64,000 nt of DNA from Candidatus Brocadiia bacterium (GCA_050015075.1 JBEKCB010000001.1:64001-128000); one strand, 5' to 3'. Numbered from the stretch's first letter, positions 37,775 through 48,054 are shown. The notes: a model not told the origin generated them from the letters alone. Translations and numbers: made by a program.

Positions 37775-38681
37775 GCACCCAGCCTTTCGCCGGCAGGCGC
37801 TTGCGCGCGGCGCCGCGGCCGAGCCACAAGCCGGAGCCGGCGGTCACCTGGCCGATGCACGTCGCGCGGACGGGCAGGTCCGTCCGCCGCAGCAGCGCCT
37901 CCGCCTCGGCCGCGCCCACCGTGAAGAACAGCTCATAGTCCTCGCCGTCGGTCAGCGCGTGCTCCAGAGGCGTTTTCCCCGAAGACCGCGACAGCTCGCC
38001 GGCGGCGCGGCTGATCGGGATGGCCTCGTCCCAAAGCTCGATCGCGACGCGGCTCTCCTCGGCCACGTGCCCCGCGTCGGCGGCCAGGCCGTCGCTCAAA
38101 TCCACCATGGCATGAATCGCGATCCGGCCGCGCAGCCACTTCGCCTCGTTCAGCCGCGGCAGGAAGGAAAGATGCCGGCCCAGGATCGAGCCGCCGAGTT
38201 CGCCGGTGACGAGCGCCCAGTCGCCCGGCCGCGCCCCGGACCGGAGCGCCAGCGCGGTTTCATCCCCCGCGCCCAGCGCGGTGACCGTGAGCGTGAGCGG
38301 CAGGTCGCCCGAGGCAATGTCGCCGCCGACGATCTGCACGCCGAACGCGTCGGCGACGGACTTCATGCCGAGGAAGAGTTCCTGGAAGTACTTCGAATCC
38401 ATCCCGCGCGGCGCCGCCAGCGCGACGACCACCGCGAGCGCATCGCCGGCCATCGCCGCGATGTCCGAAAGGCCGCGCGCCATCGCCTTGTGCCCGACCT
38501 GCGCGGCGGAGGCCGTCCGCGGATCGAAGTGCACTCCGGCGATGACCATGTCCGTGGTCACGAGAAGGACTTTGCCCGCCGGCATCCGCAGCGCGGCGCA
38601 ATCGTCCCCGATCCCGACCGCCACCGCCGGCGATGCGCCGACCTGCTGCCGAATCCAGCGGATGAGGTCCAGTTCGTTCAT
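37764..38681 (-). CDS. thiL: Thiamine-monophosphate kinase
   Basis: GIGDDCA, TTDMV, LSDIAAM, VGGD, DLSDGL, GEDYEL. Confidence 0.96.
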   Translation of the reverse strand: MNELDLIRWIRQQVGASPAVAVGIGDDCAALRMPAGKVLLVTTDMVIAGVHFDPRTASAAQVGHKAMARGLSDIAAMAGDALAVVVALAAPRGMDSKYFQELFLGMKSVADAFGVQIVGGDIASGDLPLTLTVTALGAGDETALALRSGARPGDWALVTGELGGSILGRHLSFLPRLNEAKWLRGRIAIHAMVDLSDGLAADAGHVAEESRVAIELWDEAIPISRAAGELSRSSGKTPLEHALTDGEDYELFFTVGAAEAEALLRRTDLPVRATCIGQVTAGSGLWLGRGAARKRLPAKGWVHEL

Positions 38682-38698
38682 CTCTTCAACTTACAAAG

Positions 38699-38745
38699 GG
38701 GAGATTGGGAAATTGAACGCCTCAATCTCCCAATCACCCAATCCC
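38699..38745. repeat. Octamer inverted repeat (GGGAGATT / AATCTCCC)
   Basis: GGGAGATT GGGAAATT GA..TC AATCTCCC AATCACCC AATCCC. Confidence 0.7.
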
Positions 38746-40122
38746 CTAATCACCCACCGTCACTCTCGTGAAGGCGCGGAAATCCTGCCGCACGACCACC
38801 ACGATCACGCGCTCGCCGGCGATGGTGGTGCGCAGGGCCGCCGAGGCGTCGCGGAGGTTCCGCACCGGGTTAGACCCGATCTGGATGATCACGTCGCCGC
38901 GCTCGAGCCCCGCACGCTGCGCGGGCCCGTCGGGCGCGATCTCAGCCGCATACACGCCGAAATCCACGGCCTTGCCGGCCTGCCGGGCGAACTCGGGCGT
39001 CAGGTCGCTGCCGGTGAGGCCGAACTTCTCCTGCAGGAGTTCCTTGGGCGAAGGCTGCGGGTGCTGGCCGAGCGTGAGCTTCACGTCCAGCGCCTGGCCG
39101 CCGCGCTCCACGCGCAGCGCGATGGCGTCGCCGGGCTTATGCTCCACGATCTGCATGAAGAAATCGAACAGGTCGCCCACCGGCCAGCCGTCCACGGACG
39201 CGATGACGTCGTTGACTTGCAGGACTTTTTCCGCCGGGCTTCGGGCTTCGAGCTGCGTCACGCGCGCGCCTTTCCGGCCCGGGACCGTGGCGCCGCGCAG
39301 ACCCGCCCAGGCCTCGCAGGCCTGCGGCGTCGCCAGCAGCGGAGCGAGGACGTCGCGCGCCCGGTCAATCGGAATCGCGAAGCCGATCCCCTGCGCGCCG
39401 TCCACGATCGCGCTGTTGATGCCGATCAGCTCGCCCAGGATGTTGACCAGCGGGCCGCCGCTGTTGCCCGGGTTGATCAGCGCGCTGGTCTGGATGAGGC
39501 CGGTGTAATGGACCGCGTCGTCGCCGTCGCCGATGGTGATCTGGCGGTTCAGCGCCGAGACGATCCCGGAGGTCACGGAGCTTTCGAAGCCGAACGGATT
39601 GCCGACGGCGATGACCGGCTCGCCGAGCATGAGGTCGGACGAGACGCCCATCGGGATCGCCGTGAGCGGCGTGGCCGTCTGCGCGCGCAGGAGCGCCAGG
39701 TCCTCGGCCGGGTCGGCGGCCAGCACGACGGCGTCGAACGTCTCGCCGGTGTTCAGCGAAAGCTTGACGTTCGAGGCGCGGCGCACGACGTGCTCATTGG
39801 TGATCACCAGCCCGCTCGCGGTGATGACGCAGCCCGAGCCGAGCGGTGCGTTGACTTTGCGCTGCTCCGTCGCGGGGCCGCGGAAGAAATCCCGGAAGAA
39901 CCGGTCAAAGGCGTCATCGCCCGTGCCGAAAGGGACCAGTCCGCCGCCGCGCGTGACCAGCATGCGCTCGGTGCTGATGTTGACGACGCAGTCCTGCACT
40001 TTCTCGACGGCCGCGACAGTCGGCGTGCGCCGCAGCGCCAGGCGCGCCTCGGCGTCATCGTCGGCGGCGGCGCAGAGCGGAAAGGCCGCCAGCAGCGCGA
40101 GGACCATGAACAGGCGATTCAA
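38746..40122 (-). CDS. HtrA/DegP-like serine protease with two PDZ domains
   Basis: TTG start after AAGGAG overlapping the upstream stop; signal peptide; TNEHVV, DLALL, INPGNSGGPL. Confidence 0.93.
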   Translation of the reverse strand: MNRLFMVLALLAAFPLCAAADDDAEARLALRRTPTVAAVEKVQDCVVNISTERMLVTRGGGLVPFGTGDDAFDRFFRDFFRGPATEQRKVNAPLGSGCVITASGLVITNEHVVRRASNVKLSLNTGETFDAVVLAADPAEDLALLRAQTATPLTAIPMGVSSDLMLGEPVIAVGNPFGFESSVTSGIVSALNRQITIGDGDDAVHYTGLIQTSALINPGNSGGPLVNILGELIGINSAIVDGAQGIGFAIPIDRARDVLAPLLATPQACEAWAGLRGATVPGRKGARVTQLEARSPAEKVLQVNDVIASVDGWPVGDLFDFFMQIVEHKPGDAIALRVERGGQALDVKLTLGQHPQPSPKELLQEKFGLTGSDLTPEFARQAGKAVDFGVYAAEIAPDGPAQRAGLERGDVIIQIGSNPVRNLRDASAALRTTIAGERVIVVVVRQDFRAFTRVTVGD

Positions 40123-42044
40123 CGGCTCTCCTTGGGCGGTTCGGGCTTCTTCGGCATCACGAAATCCACCAGGAAAAGGTTGACGGTCGGTCCCTTGAGC
40201 ACAAAGATGCGCTCGCCGCCGGCGATCATGGCGTAGGAGTCGCCTTCGGAAAGTTCCTTTCCGATCAGCACCGTCTTCAGCGCCGGCGGCGCGGCCGGCT
40301 GGCCGGGCTTCGGCGTCTCGGCGGGCTTGAGCGAAACGGTCACCTGGATGCGCGGCGCGTCGAGCCCGTACGCGGCGAGGCTCTGCGTCTTCTCGGCCTC
40401 GACCCGCTTGGCGTCGAGAAAGGCGAGGCCGTAGAGAAGGTTCTCGACCCGGGCGCGGTTCGCCTCGCCCGGCGCAGGCTCGACGACCATCCAGCGGTTG
40501 TCGCGCTGCTCGAGCGCCACGGCGCCGTCCGGCCGGACGATCCGCACGGCCACGGCCTCGTCCTTGTTGAACTCGAGCATCGTCCGCGAGACGAACAGCA
40601 GCGGCCCGACGGCCAGGCTCGCGAGCAGTTCGGCCGGGACGATGAGGATCGGCCCCTGGTCGCCGCGGCGGGCGTAGCAGGTCTCCGGCTTGTCGGCGGG
40701 CTTGCCGAACCGGAGCGTGTCCGGCGCGGCGTCCGGCTGGGTTTGCAGCGTGATCGTCATTTGCGGCGCCGCCAGGCCGCACTCGGCCAGGCGCTCGGGC
40801 GGCGGATTATCCACCCAGTCGGTCACTTCGAGGTTGTGCAGATCGTTGAGGAAAAGCACGGCCCGTTCCGGGTCCACCGTCACGCCGGCGGGTTCTTCCA
40901 TCGTCCACGGGTCCTTCGAGTGAACGAGGCGGATCGTCTGCGCGGGCTTGCCCGGATCGGCGGCAGGGGCGATGGTGATCGCGGTCACCTGGTCGGCGTT
41001 GAAATCCAGCGCGACCCGCGAGCGCAGGTCCGCGGCTGATTTCATGAGTCCGTCGGCGGCCTGTTTATCGAGCGCGAAGACGGAGACACCGCCTTCGCGC
41101 CGGGCGTAACACTTGTCCGGATGGTCCTTTACGTCCGCTCCGAGCAAAAGAGCGAGGCTGGTCTGTCCTTCGAGGACGGACAGTTTGAAGCGGGGCTTGT
41201 CGAGGCCGAACTCCGCGGCGCGGCTGTCGTCGCCGTCGGCGATGAAGTCGTCAGCGCCCACGCGCAGCGCGGCGAGCGCGTCGAGCAGGCGCGCGACAGC
41301 CGCTGCGTCGGCGTCGTCCTCGACAGCGCCGGCCAGGCGCCAGCCGGTCGCTTCCCTGCTGAGCGCGAGCGCCGTCCCGCCTGCGGTGAGCGCGGTCGAA
41401 CCGCCGGCGCGGACGAGGTCCACGCGCGTGACGGCTGTTTTGTCGAAGCGGAGCGCGGCCTTGTCGCGCAGGTCATTGACGCGTTCGGAGGCCTTCTCCA
41501 GGAGGCTGACCGGCGCCACGCTGACCAAGGGCGTCTTCGCGTCTGCGCGCGCGACGTACACGCTCTGCCGGTCCGGCGTCTGCGCGCCGACGTTCAGCGT
41601 CCACGATTTATCGCCGATGCCGAAAGTGATCGAGCGTTCGGGCGGTTCGAGGCCGTAGGACTTCAGGTCGAGCGGCTGGCCTGCTTCGGGCGTGAGCCTG
41701 CGCGTGGCTTTCAGGAATTCGATCTCGCCGAGGAGGGCAATGACGGCGCCGGAATCGGCCGACACGCTCAGGGGCTTGACGATGCGCCACTCGCGGTTCA
41801 GACCTTCGGCCGGCCGTTCGAGCTCGATCGTGGCGTCGCCGTGGCGCAGTTCGAGCTTCGTCGCGAGGTCCGAAAGTCCCGACAGGCTCGGCGCGCCCGG
41901 CTCATGGAACTCGCTCCCGGCGAAGAGGCGCGACTGCTCCTCCTTGAACGTGCTCGTGCTCGGCTGCCGCGCCGTGTACATCAGAAGGAACGCGCCGAGG
42001 CCGATGACCAAGACCAGGAGGATGATCGTCATCCGGAGTTTCAT
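40119..42044 (-). CDS. DUF4340 repeat protein
   Basis: N-terminal TM; repeated W...P...(Y/F)GLxxP...L.IG units; follows GldG-like gene. Confidence 0.82.
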   Translation of the reverse strand: MKLRMTIILLVLVIGLGAFLLMYTARQPSTSTFKEEQSRLFAGSEFHEPGAPSLSGLSDLATKLELRHGDATIELERPAEGLNREWRIVKPLSVSADSGAVIALLGEIEFLKATRRLTPEAGQPLDLKSYGLEPPERSITFGIGDKSWTLNVGAQTPDRQSVYVARADAKTPLVSVAPVSLLEKASERVNDLRDKAALRFDKTAVTRVDLVRAGGSTALTAGGTALALSREATGWRLAGAVEDDADAAAVARLLDALAALRVGADDFIADGDDSRAAEFGLDKPRFKLSVLEGQTSLALLLGADVKDHPDKCYARREGGVSVFALDKQAADGLMKSAADLRSRVALDFNADQVTAITIAPAADPGKPAQTIRLVHSKDPWTMEEPAGVTVDPERAVLFLNDLHNLEVTDWVDNPPPERLAECGLAAPQMTITLQTQPDAAPDTLRFGKPADKPETCYARRGDQGPILIVPAELLASLAVGPLLFVSRTMLEFNKDEAVAVRIVRPDGAVALEQRDNRWMVVEPAPGEANRARVENLLYGLAFLDAKRVEAEKTQSLAAYGLDAPRIQVTVSLKPAETPKPGQPAAPPALKTVLIGKELSEGDSYAMIAGGERIFVLKGPTVNLFLVDFVMPKKPEPPKESR

Positions 42045-42059
42045 TTACGCTTTCCTCTC

Positions 42060-43826
42060 CTACTTCCGCCTCACCCACCACACCATGCCGCCGAGCAGGG
42101 CGACCGCCAGCGGCATGCCGATGACCGCGATGAAGAAAATCGCCTTGAACGTGGCGGGGCCGCTGGCCAGCTCTCGGCGATCCGTTTTCTGCGGCGGGAT
42201 GCCGAGCTTGGTTTCCTTGTTGGTCAGCCAGTTCACGCAGTTCATCACCAGCGTGCGGTTGGCCTCGTAGCCGGCCTCCGGATGGCTGAACGCCATGTCC
42301 GAAGCCGTGTCGGTGGAGCCGATTACGACAAGCCGCGCGCCTTTTTCTGGAGGTTCGCCCGGCGGCGCGGCCTGCGATTCGCTCTTCGCGCGCCGCTGGA
42401 CGGCCACACCCACGCAGAGCGGGCCTTTCTCGCCGTGCTCGGGGTCGAACTTGAGCGGGCTCTTGGTCGGGTTCGGCTCCGCCCAACTGTTCGAGCCGGA
42501 GTAAATCAGCCCCGTCACGGCGTAGTCGGACTGCGGTCCCATCGGCCGGCCGAATTGCGCGGGCGCATCCGGCGTCGCGGCCCTCACCGGCGCGACGCGG
42601 TCCATCACGCAGTTCATCCGCGTGACGTCGTCGGTGATCGGGTGACGGCCGTAGGCGTCCACGATCAGCATCGAAGAAAGCACGTTCCGGCCCATCAGGT
42701 CGCGGGCCGGCTCGATGATGATCTCGTCGTCGCGCACGTCCACATTGTAATCAGCCAGCAGCGAATCGAGTCCGCCGAGCTTGCCGGGCGGGACGCGCGG
42801 GTGAACGAGCACGAACAGCCGACCGTCCTTCTCCAGGTATTGCCGCAGGATCTCCACCTCGCTGTCGGTGAAGGGCTTCTCGGGGCCCGCGATCACCAGC
42901 AGGTCGCAATCGGCGGGCATCTGCGGCGTCTTCAGCAGGTTGAGCGCGGCGACGCGGCAGTTCTCGCGCTTCAGGTCGAGCACGAACTGGTTGAGGTCTT
43001 TCTCCTCGTCGCCCTCGATCCCCATCTCGCCGTGGCCGGTGAGGAAGTACACGGCGGTCTGCCGGTCCTCGGTGACGTTCAGGATGGCGCTGGAGAGCTT
43101 GTCCTCGCCCTTGAACGACGGCGGCTCGGACGGCGCCGCGAACGGATTGCCCGGCAGTGACTCCACCAGGTCGGTGAAAGGAATGTGAACGCTCTTCCTG
43201 CCGCATTCGACGATGATGCTGTCGGCGGCGGTTTTCTCTTCGATGCGGGCGAAGGCTTCGTCGGCGAGAGACTTGTCACGGTAAACGTCGAGGACGTCCA
43301 CCTGGACCTTGCGCGTTTGCGCCCGGTACTGCGCCGCGAGGTCCTTCAACAGCGTGCCGACCTCGACGGTGCCGCCATAGCCGGCCTGCACCTGGCCGGA
43401 GCCGATGGCCACGGTGATCCGCACCTCTTTCTGCAGGCCTTTGCGGATGTTGCGCGTCTGCGTGGAAAGCGTGTGCACCCGCGCCTGCGTCAGGTCGAGG
43501 AACCAGGCGTCCGTCTGCGGCGTGCCGGCCACGATGGCGTTGGCGATCGCCAGCAACAGCACCGCCAGGCCCGCCATGAGCCAGGCGTTGAGCCCGGCCA
43601 GGAAGCTCCGCCGCCGGATGCCGCTCCAGAGCCACTCGACGTTGATCAGAATGCCGCCGAGCGCAAGCGCGACGCCGGCGACGAACGGAATCAGGAACGC
43701 GGCGCTCGTTGCGCCGACCCGGTCGAAGATAGCGTAGATCGCCCACGCGATGAACAGGCTCAGCACGCCCACCGGGATGCCGGCGCGCGTGAGGGTCTGC
43801 CACAGAGGAGGCTTGGCGTCAGTCAA
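42060..43826 (-). CDS. GldG-like ABC auxiliary component
   Basis: DLT..HTLS.QT, VYFLTGHGE, LVIAGP, NCVNWL, C-terminal TM. The ORF-track N-terminus MSPILPILPIPPI is repeat-derived; TTG 43826 preferred. Confidence 0.85.
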   Translation of the reverse strand: MTDAKPPLWQTLTRAGIPVGVLSLFIAWAIYAIFDRVGATSAAFLIPFVAGVALALGGILINVEWLWSGIRRRSFLAGLNAWLMAGLAVLLLAIANAIVAGTPQTDAWFLDLTQARVHTLSTQTRNIRKGLQKEVRITVAIGSGQVQAGYGGTVEVGTLLKDLAAQYRAQTRKVQVDVLDVYRDKSLADEAFARIEEKTAADSIIVECGRKSVHIPFTDLVESLPGNPFAAPSEPPSFKGEDKLSSAILNVTEDRQTAVYFLTGHGEMGIEGDEEKDLNQFVLDLKRENCRVAALNLLKTPQMPADCDLLVIAGPEKPFTDSEVEILRQYLEKDGRLFVLVHPRVPPGKLGGLDSLLADYNVDVRDDEIIIEPARDLMGRNVLSSMLIVDAYGRHPITDDVTRMNCVMDRVAPVRAATPDAPAQFGRPMGPQSDYAVTGLIYSGSNSWAEPNPTKSPLKFDPEHGEKGPLCVGVAVQRRAKSESQAAPPGEPPEKGARLVVIGSTDTASDMAFSHPEAGYEANRTLVMNCVNWLTNKETKLGIPPQKTDRRELASGPATFKAIFFIAVIGMPLAVALLGGMVWWVRRK

Positions 43827-43840
43827 TGGTTGAATCCCCA

Positions 43841-43938
43841 AAATGGGAGGAATGGGAAGGATGGGAAGAATGGGAGACACGATTGTCCGCGGGCTTTCCC
43901 ATAATTCCCATTTCTCCCATGCCTTCCATTTCTCCCAT
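43841..43938. repeat. Nonamer inverted tandem repeat (AATGGGARG / TTCTCCCAT)
   Basis: Four ATGGGA-containing units face five CCCAT/TCCAT units. Confidence 0.75.
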
Positions 43939-43943
43939 CGTTT

Positions 43944-44657
43944 TCACCGCCAACGCTTGCTTTCGAGCACGCGTACGGACAAGAACAGCCAGAAGCCGGT
44001 CATGCTGCCGAAGTAAAACAGGTCCCGGAACGCGATGCGGCCGCTCGAGAAGGCGCTGAGGTGCTGCATCGTGCCGAGGTACTCGACCGAGGTCCGGAGC
44101 GGCGCGGGCAAGTAATCGCCGACCGCGCCGATGACCCACAGGACCAGCAGCGCCACGAGCGCGAAGACGGCGGCGACGATCTGGTTGCGGGTGAGCGTGC
44201 TGCAGAAAAGGCCCAGCGCGATGAATTCGCAGCCCATCGCGACCAAGCCCAGGTACGAGGAGAACATCACGCCGACATCCGGCTTGCCCAGGACCCGCAG
44301 GATGACCGCGTAGGCGAGCGTCGGGGCGAGCATGAAGCCGTAAAACGCCAGCGCGCCGATGAATTTGCCGAGGATGACCTGGAACTCCGTCACCGGCGCG
44401 GTCATCAGCGTTTCGATCGTCCCGCTGCGGTACTCCTCGCTCAACAGCCGCATCGTCAGCAGCGGCATGGCCACCAGGAAGAAGAACGAGATGATCCCGA
44501 CCGTGCCCTCCAGGCTGGCCTCGTGCGTGCGGCTGGCGAAGAGCCAGAAGAAGAAGCCGCTGAAGATGAGGAAGACGGTGAGCACCGTCCAGGCCAGCAT
44601 CGAGAGGAACGCGGCGTTGATCTCGCGCCGGGCGACCGCCAGGGCGTTGCGCATCAA
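43944..44657 (-). CDS. ABC-2 permease (GldF-like)
   Basis: PLLTMRLLSEEYRSGTIETLMTAPV, ILGKF, TRNQIVA. Confidence 0.92.
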   Translation of the reverse strand: MMRNALAVARREINAAFLSMLAWTVLTVFLIFSGFFFWLFASRTHEASLEGTVGIISFFFLVAMPLLTMRLLSEEYRSGTIETLMTAPVTEFQVILGKFIGALAFYGFMLAPTLAYAVILRVLGKPDVGVMFSSYLGLVAMGCEFIALGLFCSTLTRNQIVAAVFALVALLVLWVIGAVGDYLPAPLRTSVEYLGTMQHLSAFSSGRIAFRDLFYFGSMTGFWLFLSVRVLESKRWR

Positions 44658-44672
44658 CCGAGCTCCTCTCTC

Positions 44673-44760
44673 ACCACGACGACACTACGGGCACAACGAA
44701 CAGCGACACAACATCCTGCTGTAACATTAGTTACGTCGTGATCGTCGTGTCGTCGTGATG
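44673..44760. repeat. ACCACGACGACAC-family inverted repeat
   Basis: 44673-44698 is an exact 26-nt reverse complement of 13151-13176; right arm CGTCGTGATCGTCGTGTCGTCGTGATG. Confidence 0.85.
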
Positions 44761-44774
44761 TAGGCATACATTCC

Positions 44775-45737
44775 TTAGCGGTTATCGCTCGTCGTCAGCC
44801 GCACGAAGATGTCCTCCAGCGAAGGCTGCTCCTTGCGGAGTTCGCGGAGCGCCCAGCCGTGGCGGACCATGCGCCGGGCGACTTCCTCGCGCACGTCGGC
44901 GCCGGGCGTCACGTCAATCTCGAAGACGCTCCAGGGCGCGCCGCTCTCGGCGGGCGAAGCCGGACGGAGGACGCGGAGCACGCCGGGCGTCTCTTTCAGA
45001 ACGGCGGCCGCTTTCTCCGCCTCGGCCGGACCCACGCGCGCCTCGACGATCACCTTCCCGCCGCCGGACGACTGCCGCGCGATATTCGCCAGCGTGTCCT
45101 GAAAGACCAGCTTGCCGCTCTGGATGATGATCACGCGGCCGCAGACCATCTCGACCTCGGGCAGGATGTGCGTGCTCAGGAGCACGGTATGCTTCTGGCC
45201 GAGGTCGCGGATGAGGTCGCGGACCAGGCGGACCTGGTTCGGGTCGAGGCCGATGGTCGGCTCGTCGAGGATCAGCACCGGCGGATCGCTCACGAGCGCA
45301 TCGGCCAGCCCGACGCGCTGGCGATAGCCCTTCGAGAGGCTGCCGATCAGCTTCCGCTCGGCATCGGCCACGCCGCAGCGGTCCATCACGTACTCCACCC
45401 GCATCCGGCGCTCGCGCTCGGGCACTTCCTTGATCCGCGCGCGGTACGCCAGGTATTCGCGCACGCGCATCTCCGGGTACAGCGGCACGCCTTCGGGCAG
45501 GTAACCGATATTCCGCCGCACTTCGAGCGAGTCGCCGAAGACCTCGTGTCCCGCGATGGTCACTCGGCCGGACGTGGCCGGCAGGTAACAGGTGAGGATG
45601 CGCATCGTCGTGGTTTTGCCCGCGCCGTTCGGCCCCAGGAAGCCGACGATCTCGCCCTGCTCGACCTGGAACGTAATCCCGTCCACGGCCGTCGTCGAGC
45701 CGTAGCGCTTGGTCAACTGTTCCACCTGGATCATCAC
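44775..45737 (-). CDS. ABC transporter ATP-binding protein (GldA-like)
   Basis: GPNGAGKTT, LSKGYRQRV, LILDEPT, STH. Confidence 0.95.
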   Translation of the reverse strand: MMIQVEQLTKRYGSTTAVDGITFQVEQGEIVGFLGPNGAGKTTTMRILTCYLPATSGRVTIAGHEVFGDSLEVRRNIGYLPEGVPLYPEMRVREYLAYRARIKEVPERERRMRVEYVMDRCGVADAERKLIGSLSKGYRQRVGLADALVSDPPVLILDEPTIGLDPNQVRLVRDLIRDLGQKHTVLLSTHILPEVEMVCGRVIIIQSGKLVFQDTLANIARQSSGGGKVIVEARVGPAEAEKAAAVLKETPGVLRVLRPASPAESGAPWSVFEIDVTPGADVREEVARRMVRHGWALRELRKEQPSLEDIFVRLTTSDNR

Positions 45738-45901
45738 GGCCGGAGGCCTTCAGAAAACGCGGGATTCGTTCCCTCAACAGGCGGTGGAACGGCGAATCCA
45801 CATTGTAATCCCGCCGCCTGCGTTATTTCAAGTTTGAAGCCGCGGCGCCCGGTGTGATAGAATCCGTGGCGTCCAAAGGTCATCTCGAGGGAGAACGTGG
45901 A

Positions 45902-46039
45902 ATGAAGCTCCATATTCGCAAGAGCACCATCAAGAAGATTCGCAAGAGCGGCTTCAGGGCGCGCATGAAGACGCGCGGCGGACGGAAGGTCCTCAGCCGC
46001 CGCCGGTTCCAGGGAAAGAAGCGGCTGACCAACGTCTAG
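45902..46039 (+). CDS. rpmH: 50S ribosomal protein L34
   Basis: [24 protein letters not shown]; upstream TTGAAG-N18-TAGAAT (45834-45863). Confidence 0.9.
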   Translation: MKLHIRKSTIKKIRKSGFRARMKTRGGRKVLSRRRFQGKKRLTNV

Positions 46040-46048
46040 ACGGAAGAC

Positions 46049-46115
46049 GCTGGACGATGGACGATAGATGATGGAAGGAATTCCGTGATCTATCGTCCAT
46101 CGTCTATTGTCCATC
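46049..46115. repeat. Heptamer inverted tandem repeat (GATGGAC / GTCCATC) between convergent genes
   Basis: GCTGGAC GATGGAC GATAGAT GATGGAA ... ATCTATC GTCCATC GTCTATT GTCCATC. Confidence 0.75.
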
Positions 46116-47045
46116 CGCCATGCTCATCCGTCCCGCTTCCCACATGGCCCGGCACGTGGCGTGATGCGCGCGGACGGTGTCCTGCGTATTGCGCGCATAG
46201 CCGCCGCCGAGCACTCCGGCCACGGGAATCCTCCGGCGCAGGCAGTTCCCGATCACCCGATCGTCGCGCTTCCGAAGTCCCTCCAGCGTCAAGGCCAGTC
46301 CGCCCAGTTGATCGCCCGCCAGCGGGTCCGCGCCGGCCAGGTACACGACCAGCTCCGGGCGGAACGCGTCGAGCACCTCCGGCAGGTGCGCATCGAGCAG
46401 CCCGAGATAGTCCTCGTCGCCGAGGCCGTCCTCGAGCGCGACATCGAGCCTGCCCGGCTGCTTGGCCGGGTAATTGTTCTCCTGGTGCATGCTGAACGTG
46501 AACACGGACGGGTCCGACCGGAAGATGAAGGCCGTGCCGTTGCCCTGGTGCACGTCGAGGTCCACCACGGCGACGCGCGCGGCCCGGCCGTCGGCGCGGA
46601 TGCGCCGGACCGCGACGGCGATATCGTTGACGTAGCAGAATCCCTCCGCGTGGTCCGGGAAGGCGTGGTGGAAGCCGCCGGCGAGGTTCATCGAGAGCCC
46701 CTCGCTCAGCGCCCGGCGGCAGCAGAGGATCGTCCCGCCCGTGCCGAGCAGGTTCGCGCGGATGATCGGCTCGCTGATGGGCAACTCCGACGACCGCGTG
46801 CGCGCGGTGTGCCGGAACGCGAGCAGGTCGCGGACGTATTCCTCCGTGTGGACGAGCAGCAGGTCCTCGCGCGAGGCCGCCTCCGGCGCGAGAAACCGCT
46901 CCGCCGGGATATCGCCGTCCGCGAGCAGCGCCTGCCGGACCAGGCGGTACTTCTCCGTAGGAAACACATGCGCGCCGATGTCGCAGTAGTACTCCGGCGA
47001 GTAGACGAACGTGCAGCCGGCGGAAGGGAATCGGTCTTCAGTCAT
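46104..47045 (-). CDS. Histone deacetylase family protein
   Basis: HVFP..KY, GGFHHA, GFC.VND, DLDVHQGNGT, GAD...D.LG, GGGY. Confidence 0.93.
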   Translation of the reverse strand: MTEDRFPSAGCTFVYSPEYYCDIGAHVFPTEKYRLVRQALLADGDIPAERFLAPEAASREDLLLVHTEEYVRDLLAFRHTARTRSSELPISEPIIRANLLGTGGTILCCRRALSEGLSMNLAGGFHHAFPDHAEGFCYVNDIAVAVRRIRADGRAARVAVVDLDVHQGNGTAFIFRSDPSVFTFSMHQENNYPAKQPGRLDVALEDGLGDEDYLGLLDAHLPEVLDAFRPELVVYLAGADPLAGDQLGGLALTLEGLRKRDDRVIGNCLRRRIPVAGVLGGGYARNTQDTVRAHHATCRAMWEAGRMSMADGQ

Positions 47046-47072
47046 GCGGATGGTACTCGAGCAAGAATACGA

Positions 47073-48017
47073 TTACGAGGCCATAGGCGGTTTCCTGCCC
47101 CGTTTGGACCGGTAGAACTCCACCGCTTTCGGGATGCCCTGTTCGATGGCGACGCGCGGGCGCCAGCCGAGTTCGTCGCGGATGCGGCTCGCGTCGAGCG
47201 CGATGCGCTGCACTTCGCCCTTGCGGAATTCGGAGTGGACTGCTTCGATTTTCACCCCGACGGCGTCGCGCACGGCCGCGAAAACCTGGTCGTCGCTCAC
47301 CTCGCGCCCGGTGCCGACGTTGAAGGCGCCGCCGTCGCCCGCGTCGAGCGCCAGGACGTTCGCCTGGACGATGTCGGAGACGAAGACGTAGTCGCGCGTC
47401 TTCGTGCCGTCGCCGAAGATGGTCGGCGTCTTGCCCTCGAGCAGCAGCTCGCTGAAGATCGCCACGACGCCGGCCTCGCCGTGCGAATCCTGCCGCGGGC
47501 CGTAAACGTTCGCGTAGCGCAGCACGGTGAAGCGCATCTCGTTGAGGAGGCCGAAGAGCTCAAGGTATTTCTCGGCGGCGTACTTGGAGACGCCGTACGG
47601 GCAGAGCGGGCGCACGCGCGTGTCTTCGCGCGCGGGCAGCTTCGGCGGGTCGCCGTAGCACGCGCCGCCGGATGAGGCGTAAATGACTTTGCCGCAGCCG
47701 TGCGCCGCGGCGGCCTGGAAAAGCCGCACCGACCCGACGACGTTGACGGTGGCGTCGAACTCCGGCGCGTCCACCGAGCGCCGGACGTTGACCTGCGCGG
47801 CGTGATGGCTGACCACCTCGGGACGGAATTCGTCGAAGGCGCCCGCGAGCCGCTCGTCGAGCAGGCTCATCCGGAAGAGCTTCGCCCGCGGGTTGACGTT
47901 CTCCGGCTTCCCGGACGAGAGGTCGTCGAGGACGGCAACCTGGTGCCCCAACTCGATGTATCGGTCGGCCACGTGGCTGCCGATGAAACCCGCGCCGCCG
48001 GTGACGAGAATTCGCAT
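47073..48017 (-). CDS. NAD-dependent epimerase/dehydratase (UDP-glucose 4-epimerase-like)
   Basis: VTGGAGFIGSH, YGVSK, RYANVYGPRQ, RDYVFV. Confidence 0.92.
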   Translation of the reverse strand: MRILVTGGAGFIGSHVADRYIELGHQVAVLDDLSSGKPENVNPRAKLFRMSLLDERLAGAFDEFRPEVVSHHAAQVNVRRSVDAPEFDATVNVVGSVRLFQAAAAHGCGKVIYASSGGACYGDPPKLPAREDTRVRPLCPYGVSKYAAEKYLELFGLLNEMRFTVLRYANVYGPRQDSHGEAGVVAIFSELLLEGKTPTIFGDGTKTRDYVFVSDIVQANVLALDAGDGGAFNVGTGREVSDDQVFAAVRDAVGVKIEAVHSEFRKGEVQRIALDASRIRDELGWRPRVAIEQGIPKAVEFYRSKRGRKPPMAS

Positions 48018-48054
48018 GAAGTCCTTTCCTGCATGAAAAACCTTGCTTCGCACT

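Noticed and set aside
38746-40782. 678-aa HtrA with long N-terminal extension
   Set aside because: The extension overlaps the DUF4340 gene in another frame; an RBS and signal peptide support the start at 40122.
43827-43880. MSPILPILPIPPIL N-terminus of the GldG-like protein
   Set aside because: It is the translation of the nonamer repeat.
45718-45733. Second parS-like site TGTTCCACCTGGATCA
   Set aside because: Two mismatches including the central CACGTG, and explained by the MIQVEQ codons; not supportable without ChIP data.
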